This document shows positions 8,428-19,800 of a stretch of 64,000 bases of DNA, piece by piece. Location: positions 32,001-96,000 of IMG/VR virus record IMGVR_UViG_3300014205_000172; one strand, given 5' to 3'. Below the pieces are notes generated by a model. The model was given only the letters and a program-made list of their open reading frames with translations, was not told where the DNA came from and did not search any database. Numbering within the stretch: the first letter of the stretch is position 1; every line of letters begins with the position of its first letter. The translations under genes were made by a program, and so were the position numbers. Origin of the DNA: a virus (taxonomy: Duplodnaviria > Caudoviricetes).

Positions 8428-11400
8428 TCAGGTTACAGCCCCGGTACGTTTTGTGTTGATGGGCTCTTTACGAGCAGGTTCAAACTGGCTTGGCTCAGGA
8501 GCAGGCTTCCCAGACCCGGAATTTTTATTGATCATTTCAATCAACTGATTCCGAATGTCAAGGATGTTGGTGTCCATCGATTGCAGCGCCAACAACTGTT
8601 GCTGCATTAGAGCGTTAACGCCCTCTGCGGATTCAGCTTGCTGTTTGTAGTTCTTATCCACAGTGTCCTTTGCAACCGCCCGTGTGGCCGACTGCATTGG
8701 AGCGCTCTGTGGAGGAGCTTGAAACGAAGGCGCTGCTGTACCATTATCGAAATCACCCGCCGGTGTAGCTTGAGCTCCGCCAAATGCACCAGCCCCAGGA
8801 GCGGCACCATTTACCTCTGCCGCTACATCAGCCGGAACAGGGGCATTACTACTCGCAACCGGCATGGACGCCGCAGGACTACCGGACGCGCCGCCGTTTG
8901 CAGCCGCAGCCGCATCACTTGCAGCAACCGCCGCGCCAGCGGAGGTCGGACCACCAGCGTCTGAGCCATCACTGGCAGTCGCACCAGACGACATGATTGG
9001 CAATCCATTAGCATCGGTTTTAACGCCAATACCGCCCTGTGGTCCTTTTTCTGCACCAATACCGGCTTTCTTACGACCGATCTGGATACGACGTTGGAGT
9101 TCCTGCTTGACCTCGCCCACGGTCCTCATCCGTCCTTTATCCATAAAGACGGATTCGTTGTTTCTGATCGCGGCTTCGCTAACGTACCCAGCTGCGGATT
9201 CGTTATTAGGTGCTGGCAAGAATCGCTTCGCACCGCCAAGACCCAAGAAGTGAGCTGCGTAAAGGTCGACATCGCTGACGTTACCGCCAAGCATGCCAGT
9301 GAGCCCTTCGTAGTTCTCTTTCAGGTAGCACGCACCCAAGATGGCGTTAGCACGAGGATCGGACGGCGGGGTGTTTGGAGCAATGCCGTACGTATCGCCG
9401 TATTTGGTCAGCATGTCGCTCCAGGTACCTGACACGAATTGGAACAAACCAAACGCGATACCTGAGGAAGCAGTAGGGTCCATCCCGGATTCTACCGCTG
9501 CGACGTTGAGTGCAATCTCCGGATCGAAGCCAACCATGTTAGCCGCTTGAGTAATGATCGGCCCCATGGCTTCCACACCTTTGCCGGTGTTATTAGGAAG
9601 CGAGTTGATATCGCCACCTGTACCACCACCTGGGTGTTTCACCTGCGTCCCTGTCGGACCATTCATCAACATGGCACCGGTGCCATAACCAATCGATTGA
9701 CCTTTAGCCCCACCCGCTACCGCACCTTGACCATAGATCTTAGCGTAGTTACCGAGAGTAGGACCTGACTGGTTTACCCCGGAACCTGAGGCGTTTGCAC
9801 GCTGGTTACCGAGCGCTGTGTTAGTCAGCGTTTTACCGTAGTCGTTAGGGTCTTGGTTCTTCTGAGCTTCCATCCCTTTGACGTCGAGTACTTTAGCGGT
9901 GTCTTCCCTGTCCAACGCATCGATGTAAGCTTTAGTAGCACCTGCCATCGATTCAAGCATCTCACCCGGCCATGGCGTGTTACCCACTTTCCAGACTGTG
10001 GTTTCACCCATCGGCGTGTCAACAACCGTGCGGGTCATTTCATCCAGCACTTGACGCATCGCCGGTCCGGTCAAGTTTCTCGCAGCATCTTTAGCGTCAC
10101 CGTTATAACGACGGCGTACAGAGATGGCATATTGCAGGAAAGCGGGAAGGAAACGGAACCTCACCCACTTCTGCACGTCGGCACGCTCGTTTTCATTAGA
10201 CGGCTTGAAGATGTCGATTACTCGGGCTTCAAGGTCATCCGTATTACCATTGAGCATTGCCTTACTGGTCCCCATGTAGGTGAGGACAGGCCAGTAGATC
10301 TCTTCCACTTTCTGAAGCTGGATACACTTGGAAAGTTTCATCTCCTTTATACCGTACGTGATGTAACGCACAGCAGTTGGGATATCGAGACTTGTCTGGA
10401 TGTTAGCTGCAGATGCGACCCCAGCGGTACCCATTGACATACGGCCGGTACGTAAGGTTTGCTTAATAATCAAACCGCGAGCGATCTGATTAGCGTCCCC
10501 TGTACCACCTGGCGTAACCGCAACTGTTGCAGCTTGGATCACACCGGCTGGGTTACCTAGGTTAACGGCCATATCCGTTCTGGCCTTTTTCTCATCGTTA
10601 GCGACCTTACGTTTAGCCTTCACCATTTTGACAGCGCTGTCGACATCATCCGCGTCTTCAGTCAAATCGCCATCAAATGGAGAGGTTGCCAAGTCGTTAT
10701 ACGTGGACTGCATGCCAGTGGCGTCAACAATACCAAGGAAGACATCCAGATCACTGTCACCTATACCTGTGTCGACGCTGCTGAGATCCGTAGTTTTACG
10801 GATTCTCAGCATGGCTGCGCAGTGAGCCAAGTAGACGGGTTTGAAGCGGTTCTGAATCCAGCTGAAGAGTTTATTCCTTCTCCCTTCATCTGTCGCGTCA
10901 AAGAGCTCAAGAATAGAGTTCAGTTCCATCTTGCTTGGATCAAGCTGTGGGTTACCATTACTGTCTACAACCGTACCTCGTCTCACGTTCCCTTCCAGCT
11001 GGACCATGGCGTTGACACGTTTTTCATCAGTTGGGTTAACACCGTACTGTGTCATCCGAAGATAGATCAGCGGGTATTCTTTAGCCTGCTCTGATTTGTA
11101 GTACTTGTAACCACCATACGCAACCGCACCTACAGCAAGCGCACCAATTGCCACAGGTGCTGTCAGAAGACTAGCAAGTCCAACAGCCGCCTCGGTAATA
11201 AATGGAGCCGCTACAGTGGCCGCACCCCACGCACCACGACCTAACCAACTACCTGCTTTAAGCAGTGAGGCACCGCCCGGCACCTTCCGCATCAAGCCAC
11301 CAGCTTTTCCTTTAAGCCATCCACCGGCCCTAGCAAGCTTCCCTACTTTACCAGCCTTGCCGGCTTTTCCTTTACCACCTTTACCGGCATCTGCGATATC

Positions 11401-14400
11401 CGCAATGTCACCGGCGTTTTCCAGCATACTGCTTTCGCCAGCTTCTTCAGTCGTCTCTCTGAGCTCTTCCAATTTCTCATCGAGATTCTTGTTCATCTTC
11501 TTGATAGCATCAACAATACTCTCAGCACCTTCCATAGCGCCTGCGCCTACAGCTCCGGCTTTTGCAGCCAGTTTTTCCTTACGGCGTTTGATGATGTCTT
11601 GCCATGACCAATCGCGAGTACCGTCACCATCGTTATCGCCGTGGACGCCTTCCTGGTCCCAACGGGATTTCATGAACTCAAGAATTTGAATCTGCGTCTG
11701 AAGCTGATGGCTACCAATTTCTACAGCGGCCAGTGACATTTCGTCATCAAGCATCCCAACGGCACCGTTCTTAAAACGACCCATTACGAAATTCTTAATG
11801 CCGCGGCCAATACCACCGACCATTTTAGCGATTCCTTTATAGAACCCTATGGCCTTTTGACCGTACCACTTAGCCGCCTTACCTGCCATGATCGCAGTAC
11901 GTGCCGACATGCTGATCAGCCCACTGCCAACGGTGTACAGCAACGACCCATTGACGGTGTAAAACGATTTGTACTTATCGATCTCATCCTGAGAAACGAT
12001 TTCCTTACGGTTACCCTCACTGTCCATCTCGTAGACTGGACCTTTAATATCCTTAAGGGTTGTGATCACAGCGCCATCGGCGGTACGATAAGCCCCTTTC
12101 TTCATGAGGACAGAACGGATGCGGGGCTCCGTGTCGCCTGGCAGATATGCGTCGAACTGCGTGAACTGGTCAAGTATTACGCGTGCGACTGTTTTACCTA
12201 CCTTCCACATCGTGCCATAAGTGCCGCTGATGTAAGCTTTTGCACCGCGGGCTAACAGACCACCCGCCGAAAGACCGAGGTGTGAGAAATAACCAGCCAG
12301 GGATTCACCAGTACCGCTATACAAGCCACCATCGATGTCCTCCTGTGTCAGCACTACCTCATTGGTCCGAACGTCCTTAACGGGACCTGTGATGTCTTTA
12401 AGCTTAGTGATCACCTTCTTGCTGTCGATATCAAAGTAATAACCTTTGCGGATATCGCGGGCCAGCATGATTGGGATATCGTCCCCGGCTTTGTGGATAT
12501 CACTGACGCCAAAACCATCCAGAGCTTTGAATGGGAACTTAGCCGCACCCCAAGCGGCTTTAGCCGCCGCACTACTACCGCCAAAAATCGCACCGTAGCT
12601 AAACTTCAGATACTTACCAAGCATACCCCCTGCTTTAAAGAGAGTATTCTTAGCAACGCGGGCGGTGCCACCGGCACCTTCACGGATACTCGCATCGTAC
12701 CAACGACGCTTGATTTCAGCGATCTGTTCAGCGATGGCATCGTCCATGCTGCCACCACCTCCGGCATCTGGAGCACCATCGGGACCTGGTGCTCCACCAC
12801 CGCCACTGCCACCGCCTTTACTACCGGCGTTAGGGATCAGCTGAGCGATCAGTTCCAGCAACTGACTACTCTGTCCACTCAGTCCAATGATGGCGTCCAA
12901 GCGGGAATGAGTACCGTCGTCCTTCACATTTAGGATTTCGGGCCACTCGATTTGAACAGCCGGTGCTCCGCTGGTAGGTCCTGAAGGTTTACCGACAATA
13001 GACCGACCGAGGTTACGGGTGAGTGGTTGGTTGAAGACATCAAGACCGTTGTTGTTAGCGCCGGTGCGAAGCTTCTCTTCCTCATCCGCAAGTTTTTTCT
13101 TTTTAGCCACCATCAGCACACGCCATTGTTCTGGCGTCATGGCTTTCTTAAGCTTCTCTTCATCCTTGGGGTCAAAGGTATCGGTGCTGTTAAGGATGAG
13201 ATCATAAACCTTATCAAGGTCGATAACGTCACCGCTGCCATTGAATCGGCTCAGACCCAGCTCACGCCAAGTCCTGCGACCAACCACACCAGACAACTTA
13301 TCCATCCGTGTACCAAACTCTGGCAAACGTGATTGGATTTCAGAAAACCGATCGCTTACATCGAGGCGATGTTTTTTGATTTCCTGAGACTGATCCATCT
13401 GATCGCCAGACGGGGACAGTCCAAACTTATCGGCGAAGAACTCGATCAGTTCATTGGCAATCTCTTCGGGCTCGTTCTTCCACGTTTCGATTTTAACGTA
13501 ACGGGCTGGTACGAACCGGTGTGCGTTAGCCATGTCTTTCATCAAGGCACGGCGTAAAGCTTTCTTCGCATCCAGCGAAAGATCACTTGCACCCATCTGA
13601 CGAAGCAGACCATCAACACTTTGACGAAGTGCGTCACCACCGCCTTCCAACAGAGCGTTTTTGACGTGCTGTTGATTCAGAGTTGACCGGTTAACAAAAC
13701 CGCCAGAGTAGTGACTGTACGCAACCTCTTCATGGTCCTCGCCTGTCACCAACACTTTCAAAGACCTGTCCATGCTAGCCATGAGACCAGGCATGATGTC
13801 AGTCACGGACTTGTAAAACAGATTGTCCATGTATGCAGGTTTATCAAGATCGGTGATCGCTGTGCCTTTAATGGAACTTGTGGCCGAGTAGGTATCCAAC
13901 ATCCCTTTAAGCGATTCTTCGGCAAGCCCTACCCAGTTAGACCGAGTCCCTTCGGACTTGGCGTATTCATTCAACCGTTGTGGAATAGACGACAAGATAT
14001 CGCGTAGGGTGTTATCGCCCTTTGCCATGTGCTTGTTGTTTTTAATGTTTACGCCATAACGGTCGGACAGCAGACTGATCAGGTACTCAACACCTTGGGC
14101 TGCGGCTTGACCCGCAAACTGACCCAGCATGTCACCGACCATGTGGCTCTTAGACATGCCAGGCATGTCCATGTCCTTAAACATACTGAACGCGTTTAGA
14201 CCGGCCCCTAATGCATTGCTGGCGTTATCCCTCATGCCGCCAAAGTACTTGGTGGTGAAGTTGTTTACAGAATCAATAGCACCACTGGCGAGTTTAGTCG
14301 ACAGTTGTTGCTTTAATACCTCGCCGTGTGTCATCTTGGCGAAGTCAGGTAGTGCTGTGTTCTCAAGGATCTTTTCAAACTGCTGCTGGCTTTTGGAGAA

Positions 14401-15114
14401 GTGTTCTCTTTGCAGAGCAAACATCTTCATGTTAACGTCGAGCTGACGGTAACCAATTTCCAGATTCTTCTGATGGTATTTGATCAGGACGTTATCCTGA
14501 TACCCTACCAAACGGCCAATGTCCCGACCGATAGACGTTTGGACACGCATGTCCAGTTCAAAACGTTTCTGATCACGGATATCACGAGCAGCACCAGCGT
14601 ACGTGTCCTGCATTCGTTCCGCAGCTTGGGTTTTGAACATAGCGCCCAAACCCGACAGGTTACCGTCCAATTCGCTGGGCGAAGAACCGCTGTATGAAGA
14701 ACCCGCATCAGAATCTTGAATGGCGTCTCGTGCACTTTTAGGCAAAAACGCCATGAGCAGGCTTTTATCTTTATCGGCTCCGGCCTTAAGCTTTCTAAGG
14801 TATGGATCAAGCTCCGCCTTGTTGTCTTTCAAAATGCTGCCAATGCCACGATCCACGGCATCGTATGTATTGAGGGCCTGAGTGTATCCCTTCGGAAGTA
14901 CTCCGGACAGCATCCGCCGCACAAAACCGCGGTCGATGAGTCTGTCTTTAGATGTCTTTAAAAAACTTTCCGCCCCCGCATGAAAAGGCGTACGGGTACC
15001 TTTTTTCTTTGACTTCCCCGCTCCGTAGCCAAAGGCGTCGAAATCCATGTCTCCAAAGTCGAGCTCATCGAAGTCTGGTGGCTTGGGGAGGTCATGGTCA
15101 TCTTTTTTAGCCAT
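8428..15114 (-). CDS. tail protein with C-terminal lytic transglycosylase (phiKZ gp181-like, tape-measure-like), 2228 aa
   Basis: SLT motifs AAVESGMDP, AFGLFQFVSGTW, ANAILGACYL and YAAHFLG; Gly/Ala-rich hydrophobic segments; size and position divergent from vRNAP beta'. Confidence 0.9.
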   Translation of the reverse strand: MAKKDDHDLPKPPDFDELDFGDMDFDAFGYGAGKSKKKGTRTPFHAGAESFLKTSKDRLIDRGFVRRMLSGVLPKGYTQALNTYDAVDRGIGSILKDNKAELDPYLRKLKAGADKDKSLLMAFLPKSARDAIQDSDAGSSYSGSSPSELDGNLSGLGAMFKTQAAERMQDTYAGAARDIRDQKRFELDMRVQTSIGRDIGRLVGYQDNVLIKYHQKNLEIGYRQLDVNMKMFALQREHFSKSQQQFEKILENTALPDFAKMTHGEVLKQQLSTKLASGAIDSVNNFTTKYFGGMRDNASNALGAGLNAFSMFKDMDMPGMSKSHMVGDMLGQFAGQAAAQGVEYLISLLSDRYGVNIKNNKHMAKGDNTLRDILSSIPQRLNEYAKSEGTRSNWVGLAEESLKGMLDTYSATSSIKGTAITDLDKPAYMDNLFYKSVTDIMPGLMASMDRSLKVLVTGEDHEEVAYSHYSGGFVNRSTLNQQHVKNALLEGGGDALRQSVDGLLRQMGASDLSLDAKKALRRALMKDMANAHRFVPARYVKIETWKNEPEEIANELIEFFADKFGLSPSGDQMDQSQEIKKHRLDVSDRFSEIQSRLPEFGTRMDKLSGVVGRRTWRELGLSRFNGSGDVIDLDKVYDLILNSTDTFDPKDEEKLKKAMTPEQWRVLMVAKKKKLADEEEKLRTGANNNGLDVFNQPLTRNLGRSIVGKPSGPTSGAPAVQIEWPEILNVKDDGTHSRLDAIIGLSGQSSQLLELIAQLIPNAGSKGGGSGGGGAPGPDGAPDAGGGGSMDDAIAEQIAEIKRRWYDASIREGAGGTARVAKNTLFKAGGMLGKYLKFSYGAIFGGSSAAAKAAWGAAKFPFKALDGFGVSDIHKAGDDIPIMLARDIRKGYYFDIDSKKVITKLKDITGPVKDVRTNEVVLTQEDIDGGLYSGTGESLAGYFSHLGLSAGGLLARGAKAYISGTYGTMWKVGKTVARVILDQFTQFDAYLPGDTEPRIRSVLMKKGAYRTADGAVITTLKDIKGPVYEMDSEGNRKEIVSQDEIDKYKSFYTVNGSLLYTVGSGLISMSARTAIMAGKAAKWYGQKAIGFYKGIAKMVGGIGRGIKNFVMGRFKNGAVGMLDDEMSLAAVEIGSHQLQTQIQILEFMKSRWDQEGVHGDNDGDGTRDWSWQDIIKRRKEKLAAKAGAVGAGAMEGAESIVDAIKKMNKNLDEKLEELRETTEEAGESSMLENAGDIADIADAGKGGKGKAGKAGKVGKLARAGGWLKGKAGGLMRKVPGGASLLKAGSWLGRGAWGAATVAAPFITEAAVGLASLLTAPVAIGALAVGAVAYGGYKYYKSEQAKEYPLIYLRMTQYGVNPTDEKRVNAMVQLEGNVRRGTVVDSNGNPQLDPSKMELNSILELFDATDEGRRNKLFSWIQNRFKPVYLAHCAAMLRIRKTTDLSSVDTGIGDSDLDVFLGIVDATGMQSTYNDLATSPFDGDLTEDADDVDSAVKMVKAKRKVANDEKKARTDMAVNLGNPAGVIQAATVAVTPGGTGDANQIARGLIIKQTLRTGRMSMGTAGVASAANIQTSLDIPTAVRYITYGIKEMKLSKCIQLQKVEEIYWPVLTYMGTSKAMLNGNTDDLEARVIDIFKPSNENERADVQKWVRFRFLPAFLQYAISVRRRYNGDAKDAARNLTGPAMRQVLDEMTRTVVDTPMGETTVWKVGNTPWPGEMLESMAGATKAYIDALDREDTAKVLDVKGMEAQKNQDPNDYGKTLTNTALGNQRANASGSGVNQSGPTLGNYAKIYGQGAVAGGAKGQSIGYGTGAMLMNGPTGTQVKHPGGGTGGDINSLPNNTGKGVEAMGPIITQAANMVGFDPEIALNVAAVESGMDPTASSGIAFGLFQFVSGTWSDMLTKYGDTYGIAPNTPPSDPRANAILGACYLKENYEGLTGMLGGNVSDVDLYAAHFLGLGGAKRFLPAPNNESAAGYVSEAAIRNNESVFMDKGRMRTVGEVKQELQRRIQIGRKKAGIGAEKGPQGGIGVKTDANGLPIMSSGATASDGSDAGGPTSAGAAVAASDAAAAANGGASGSPAASMPVASSNAPVPADVAAEVNGAAPGAGAFGGAQATPAGDFDNGTAAPSFQAPPQSAPMQSATRAVAKDTVDKNYKQQAESAEGVNALMQQQLLALQSMDTNILDIRNQLIEMINKNSGSGKPAPEPSQFEPARKEPINTKRTGAVT

Positions 15115-15179
15115 TACGTCTCACTCAACATAAAGGGTGGCTATATGGGTCATACCACTTCGACACAGGGACATTGTCC

Positions 15180-16850
15180 ATGAAAACCGATGTCTTACCC
15201 GCGCTGATCTGGATTCTCCACACGGAGGACAGTGACTTAGCGCATCTTGCGCCGATCACCCGTTTGGATATTACTGAAGGTGCCAGCACCAACTTCCACG
15301 ACGATGGGTTATTCTCCACCCGCATCTTTGGGCCAGTGGGTTCTGTCCAGCGAGACGAAGTCTTCGCTAAGCTTAAGTTAAACGTCCGTGTCCTTCACCC
15401 GAAAATTTACAGAGACCTCATTAACCTCAAGGCTCTTTATAAGGAGATTCTGGAAGGTTCACGGACCGCCAAGTTCAGTGACGTTGAAGGGGACTTCTAT
15501 CCAAGCGTTGACGCTGATGCTGAAACAGGTTATGCGTTCTTTATGTTCCACCTGGATAAGCTCAAACTCAAACGCACTGAATCCCCAGCCCGTAATGAAC
15601 GCATTGATTTCCTTGAACGCTGGTGGCATCGTAAGACGCTAACCAACCTGCCGGTCATGCCAGCAGGGCTTCGGGACATTGAAATCGGTGAAGACGGTAG
15701 GTGGACAAAGCATGAAATCAATGACTTCTATTTCCGGGTCATGTACACCGCTTTGAACATTGCTCAAAACCGTGACACTGAAAACGTCATCTACGATAGC
15801 CCTCGGTTGCTGTTGACCAAAGCTATCTATGAAATCTATTCTTACGTCGAACGCATCATTGGCGGTAAGAGTGGGTTCATCCGCGATAAGTGGGCGTCGC
15901 GCCGTGTGCTCTACGGCACCCGTAACGTTCTGACGTCCATGGAGACATCGGGTTATAGCCTGGAGTCTCCTAACGTACCGGCATTTGATGCGACCGTTCT
16001 AGGGACCTTCCAGGCGGCTGTAGCACTGGCGCCAGTTGTGGTCTTCTGGATGAGGACTGGGTATCTGTCCAAGATCATGACGGCGGGTGATGGCGATGTG
16101 ATGCTGGTGAATACCAAGACGCTCAAACCTGAGTGGACTTCGTTATCGCCCACCATGCGAGATCGCTGGACAACCTTCGATGGTCTGAGGGAAGTCATTA
16201 ACAGCCTGGTCGATATCGAGGCCCGGCACCGTCCCGTAATGATCGGTACACACTACCTGTCGTTGGTCTATAACGGTGAAGGTACCTTCCGTGTCTTTGA
16301 TGACATTGACGACCTGCCGGAAAACTTCGATCGTAAAGATGTGCATCCGATGACATTGATCGAACTGATCTACTTGTCAGGTTATTCCAAATGGGTCAAG
16401 TACTTCCTTGACGTGGTTCGTTATCCGATCAACGGTGATGACTCCACGTACCCTTCCCGGATGCACGTCAAGACCACTTCTGTGGGCGAGATCCGACGTG
16501 AGCTGGATACCGGTTGGATGCCACTTGAGGGCGATGAATATTTGGCGGTTGAATACCCCAACTATAATCTGCGTGGTTATCATGATTCAGAATCACCTGC
16601 CCCAAGCCGCCTTGTAGGTCTAGGCGCTGACTTTGACGGTGACACAGGTTCTGGCACAGCCGTCATGACGAATGATGCTTTAAGAGAAACAGAGAAATAT
16701 CTTTCGACGCGCGAAGCCTGGGTAAAACCATCAGGTGAACCGCGTGCTCAGATTGACTACGATACTGCTGACTTTGTGATCAAGAATCTGACCGGACGGT
16801 TCAATCACGTTAAGCAGGCAAGTCACAAGGCATTAGCTCAAAAGGGGTAA
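15180..16850 (+). CDS. virion RNA polymerase beta' subunit, N-terminal/catalytic fragment (phiKZ gp180-like)
   Basis: DGLFSTRIFGP, LPVMPAGLRD, GGKSGFIR...SRR and the catalytic GADFDGD. Confidence 0.95.
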   Translation: MKTDVLPALIWILHTEDSDLAHLAPITRLDITEGASTNFHDDGLFSTRIFGPVGSVQRDEVFAKLKLNVRVLHPKIYRDLINLKALYKEILEGSRTAKFSDVEGDFYPSVDADAETGYAFFMFHLDKLKLKRTESPARNERIDFLERWWHRKTLTNLPVMPAGLRDIEIGEDGRWTKHEINDFYFRVMYTALNIAQNRDTENVIYDSPRLLLTKAIYEIYSYVERIIGGKSGFIRDKWASRRVLYGTRNVLTSMETSGYSLESPNVPAFDATVLGTFQAAVALAPVVVFWMRTGYLSKIMTAGDGDVMLVNTKTLKPEWTSLSPTMRDRWTTFDGLREVINSLVDIEARHRPVMIGTHYLSLVYNGEGTFRVFDDIDDLPENFDRKDVHPMTLIELIYLSGYSKWVKYFLDVVRYPINGDDSTYPSRMHVKTTSVGEIRRELDTGWMPLEGDEYLAVEYPNYNLRGYHDSESPAPSRLVGLGADFDGDTGSGTAVMTNDALRETEKYLSTREAWVKPSGEPRAQIDYDTADFVIKNLTGRFNHVKQASHKALAQKG

Positions 16851-16856
16851 TGATTC

Positions 16857-19800
16857 ATGGCCGAATTATTGGCTTACGACAGATATCGACTGCGTTTCAC
16901 ATTGTGGAAGACCAGTCAGCTGCAAGCGCCAGTCGTTTATCCGATTGCTCGTCTGCAGTTACCGAAGATGTCTGTCTTGCACTTTGCTCCAGCTGATGGC
17001 GTCACCATGGGTCCGCAGATCAGCGATCCATTGATGCGCTCAGTCCCTGGCGTGATCTACATTGACCACGTCAAGCAGTATGGTCAACCTGAAGGCAACC
17101 CGATTCGTACCTTCAGTCAGCCTGACACGCTGATCACACAGTTTCGTCAACGTAACCGTGCCTTCCGTCCTTTAAGGAAGTTGGACCGCCTGGAGACAGA
17201 CCAGCGTACGCTGGTTGTTTACAACTATGCCCTGCTGAGCCACATGGTTCGGTACGCTACATCGTTCAGGGCTGGCTGGTACATGTGGCGGAACGTGTAC
17301 GCTGAAGTGATGAACAATATCAATGCTCTCTGTGAAGAGAGTCAACGACATCATTTCATCGAACTGCCTTTGCCTGAAGTAATGCCTGGGTTGGGTACCT
17401 TGCGCACGTTCTCGATGCGTCAAACCGCTGACGTGTTGAACAACCTGCGTGACGATGGTTCTAAGCAAGTTGCTGACCTGTTTGTCTGGGCTGGTAAGTT
17501 GCGTGAAAACAGTCTGCTCAGTAAGATCAAGCCTGAGAACTACCCGAAGGTAAACGTCATCATTCGCCGACTCAATGGCTTTGTGGTGGTTAACCTCGGG
17601 TGGTTGGACGGTCTGCGCAAGTCTGACGATCCGGCGGTAAAGAACAAAGGTGTGTCTTACGACCCAGCTATGTTCCAGCTTCTGCTGCTGAAGTTTCTGA
17701 CCACGCTGCATCAAGCAACATCCCCTATCGAGACTGACCTCAAAAACGAGGTGGTTGAAGAACCTGTGGTTGAGGTGGATGTTGATGGCGTTGGCTTGGA
17801 CGATCTTGAGCTGACAGCGGAGTATGACGAACTTCCACCGTCCGATGAATTGGACGATGATGACGTCACGATTGCAGCACTTGAAAAAGAGCTGGAAGAG
17901 TTGGATCTGTTGAAGCAGCGCGCTATTGATGAAGCGGTCCAGTACGATGAAGATGGCGAGAAGCTTGAAACTAAAGCAATCGACATCAACATGCTGGCAG
18001 CAGATAAAGCGGCTAAGACAACAGGTTCGCCTATTGTCGATAAGGCTAACGAACTGGCTGGCAAAGGACTGCTGACGGCTGCTGAGCACCGCCGGCTGGA
18101 GCGAATCTCCGGTATCTTCAAAACCCTACCTAACCCGTTTGGTGGCGAAGGCACTCTGGTTGACGCGATCGAGATCCCTCAAGAAGATATCGAGATCAAA
18201 CCAACCATATTGGCCGATGCCAGTACGCTCATCGACAAATCGTTGGCTGTCTCGAAGACCGACACGTTTGAACGCCAGTACCTTGAAAAGGTGTTGCGTA
18301 AAGACATCGTTCGGTGTGTTGCTGCTATCCAGAAGGCTCCGGTTGCGATCACCAGCTACTCGATCAACCGCCTGACGGATGCCAGTAACGATCAGGAGAT
18401 CCACTCGTTTAAAATCACCCCCGCAGTCGGTGAGTCGTCTACGGTGTCGTTCCCACTTCCGGTTGTAAAGCCAGATGGGTCATTTCTGTATAACGGCACT
18501 AAGTACCGGATGCGTAAGCAACGTGTGGATTTGCCAATCCGTAAGTTGTCACCAGTACAAGTGGGGTTGAGTAGTTATTACGGCAAGGTCTTTATTGAGC
18601 GTTCTGAACGTAAGAACTTCAACTACGAAAAGTGGTTCATGGGTCAGCTGATTATCAAGGCGCTCGATCCTGAAGATCCAAACGTTGGTAAGGCCATGCT
18701 TAGTACGGTGGCTGATTACCTGATTGATGTGCCAAAGATGTACACGTCAATCTCTGAACGCATCATGTCGATGGTTTGCGGAAAGAACCAGCTGTGGTTC
18801 GATCACAAGCGTCGGGTTGAGAAGTTCAAGTACACCGCTGAACAACTGGCTTTTGAAAAGAAAGGTTGGGCACTGTGTGGACAAAATGATCAGGGCCAAG
18901 CTTTGATCATGGACGTCAACAACATGATCTACCGAATCGTCCCAGACAAACAGGGCGGTAGTCTTCAAGAAGTCGGTACGATCAATGACCTGACTGGTAT
19001 CACCGAAGACACGGGCACGCCTATCAGCGCTATTGAAGTCAAAGTGTATTCCAAGAACATCCCAATGGGTTTGGTTCTGGCGTACCTCCTGGGCTTTAAT
19101 AAGCTGCTGGACTTGCTCAAAGTAAAACCTCGTCGCGTGTTGGCGGGTGCTCGCTTGAACCTTGAGCCGCACGAATACGCCATTCGGTTTGTTGATGAGT
19201 CGTTGGTCTTCAGCCGTAAGGACATTGTTCCATCGCTGATCCTGTCAGGTTTCAATCTGGCTAAGGATGCTGTCCGTAACTACAGCGGTGCGATGTTCGA
19301 TGGCAAGGATGTCTACAGCGCGATCTTTGATCGGTCCGGCATTGGTTCCAGGTTCCTGCGTGAGTTGGATTCGTTGGACACCATGTTTGTCGACCCTATC
19401 ACGGAAGACCTGCTCAAATGGATGAAGGAGCCAACTGAGTTCACGGGTCTGCTGGTTCGGGCTACAGAGATGTTGGTTAACGCCAAGGTCGATGAAGCAC
19501 GTAAGGATAAAGATGGTGTGGTAGAGCTGCTCGAACGTGTGCGTGGCTATGAGCGTATTGCTGGGATGGTGTATGAAAACCTGTCCAAGCGTGTGCGTGA
19601 ATACAACGCCCGTGCTTCAAGTGGTCGTGCCAGCATCAAGATGAATCCGAACGATCCGATCAACATGCTGATCAAGGACCCTACTACTTCGCCTGTCAAC
19701 AACATCAACCCAATTCACGCTCTGCGCGAACGGGAAGTGATCACCTTTGGTGGTCGTGGTGGTCGTAGCCGCCGGGCGATGGTGGCAAGGACTCGTTTGT

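Noticed and set aside
8428-9600. SLT domain as a stand-alone endolysin or lysis cassette
   Set aside because: It is in frame at the C-terminus of a 2228-aa tail protein, with no adjacent holin or spanin.
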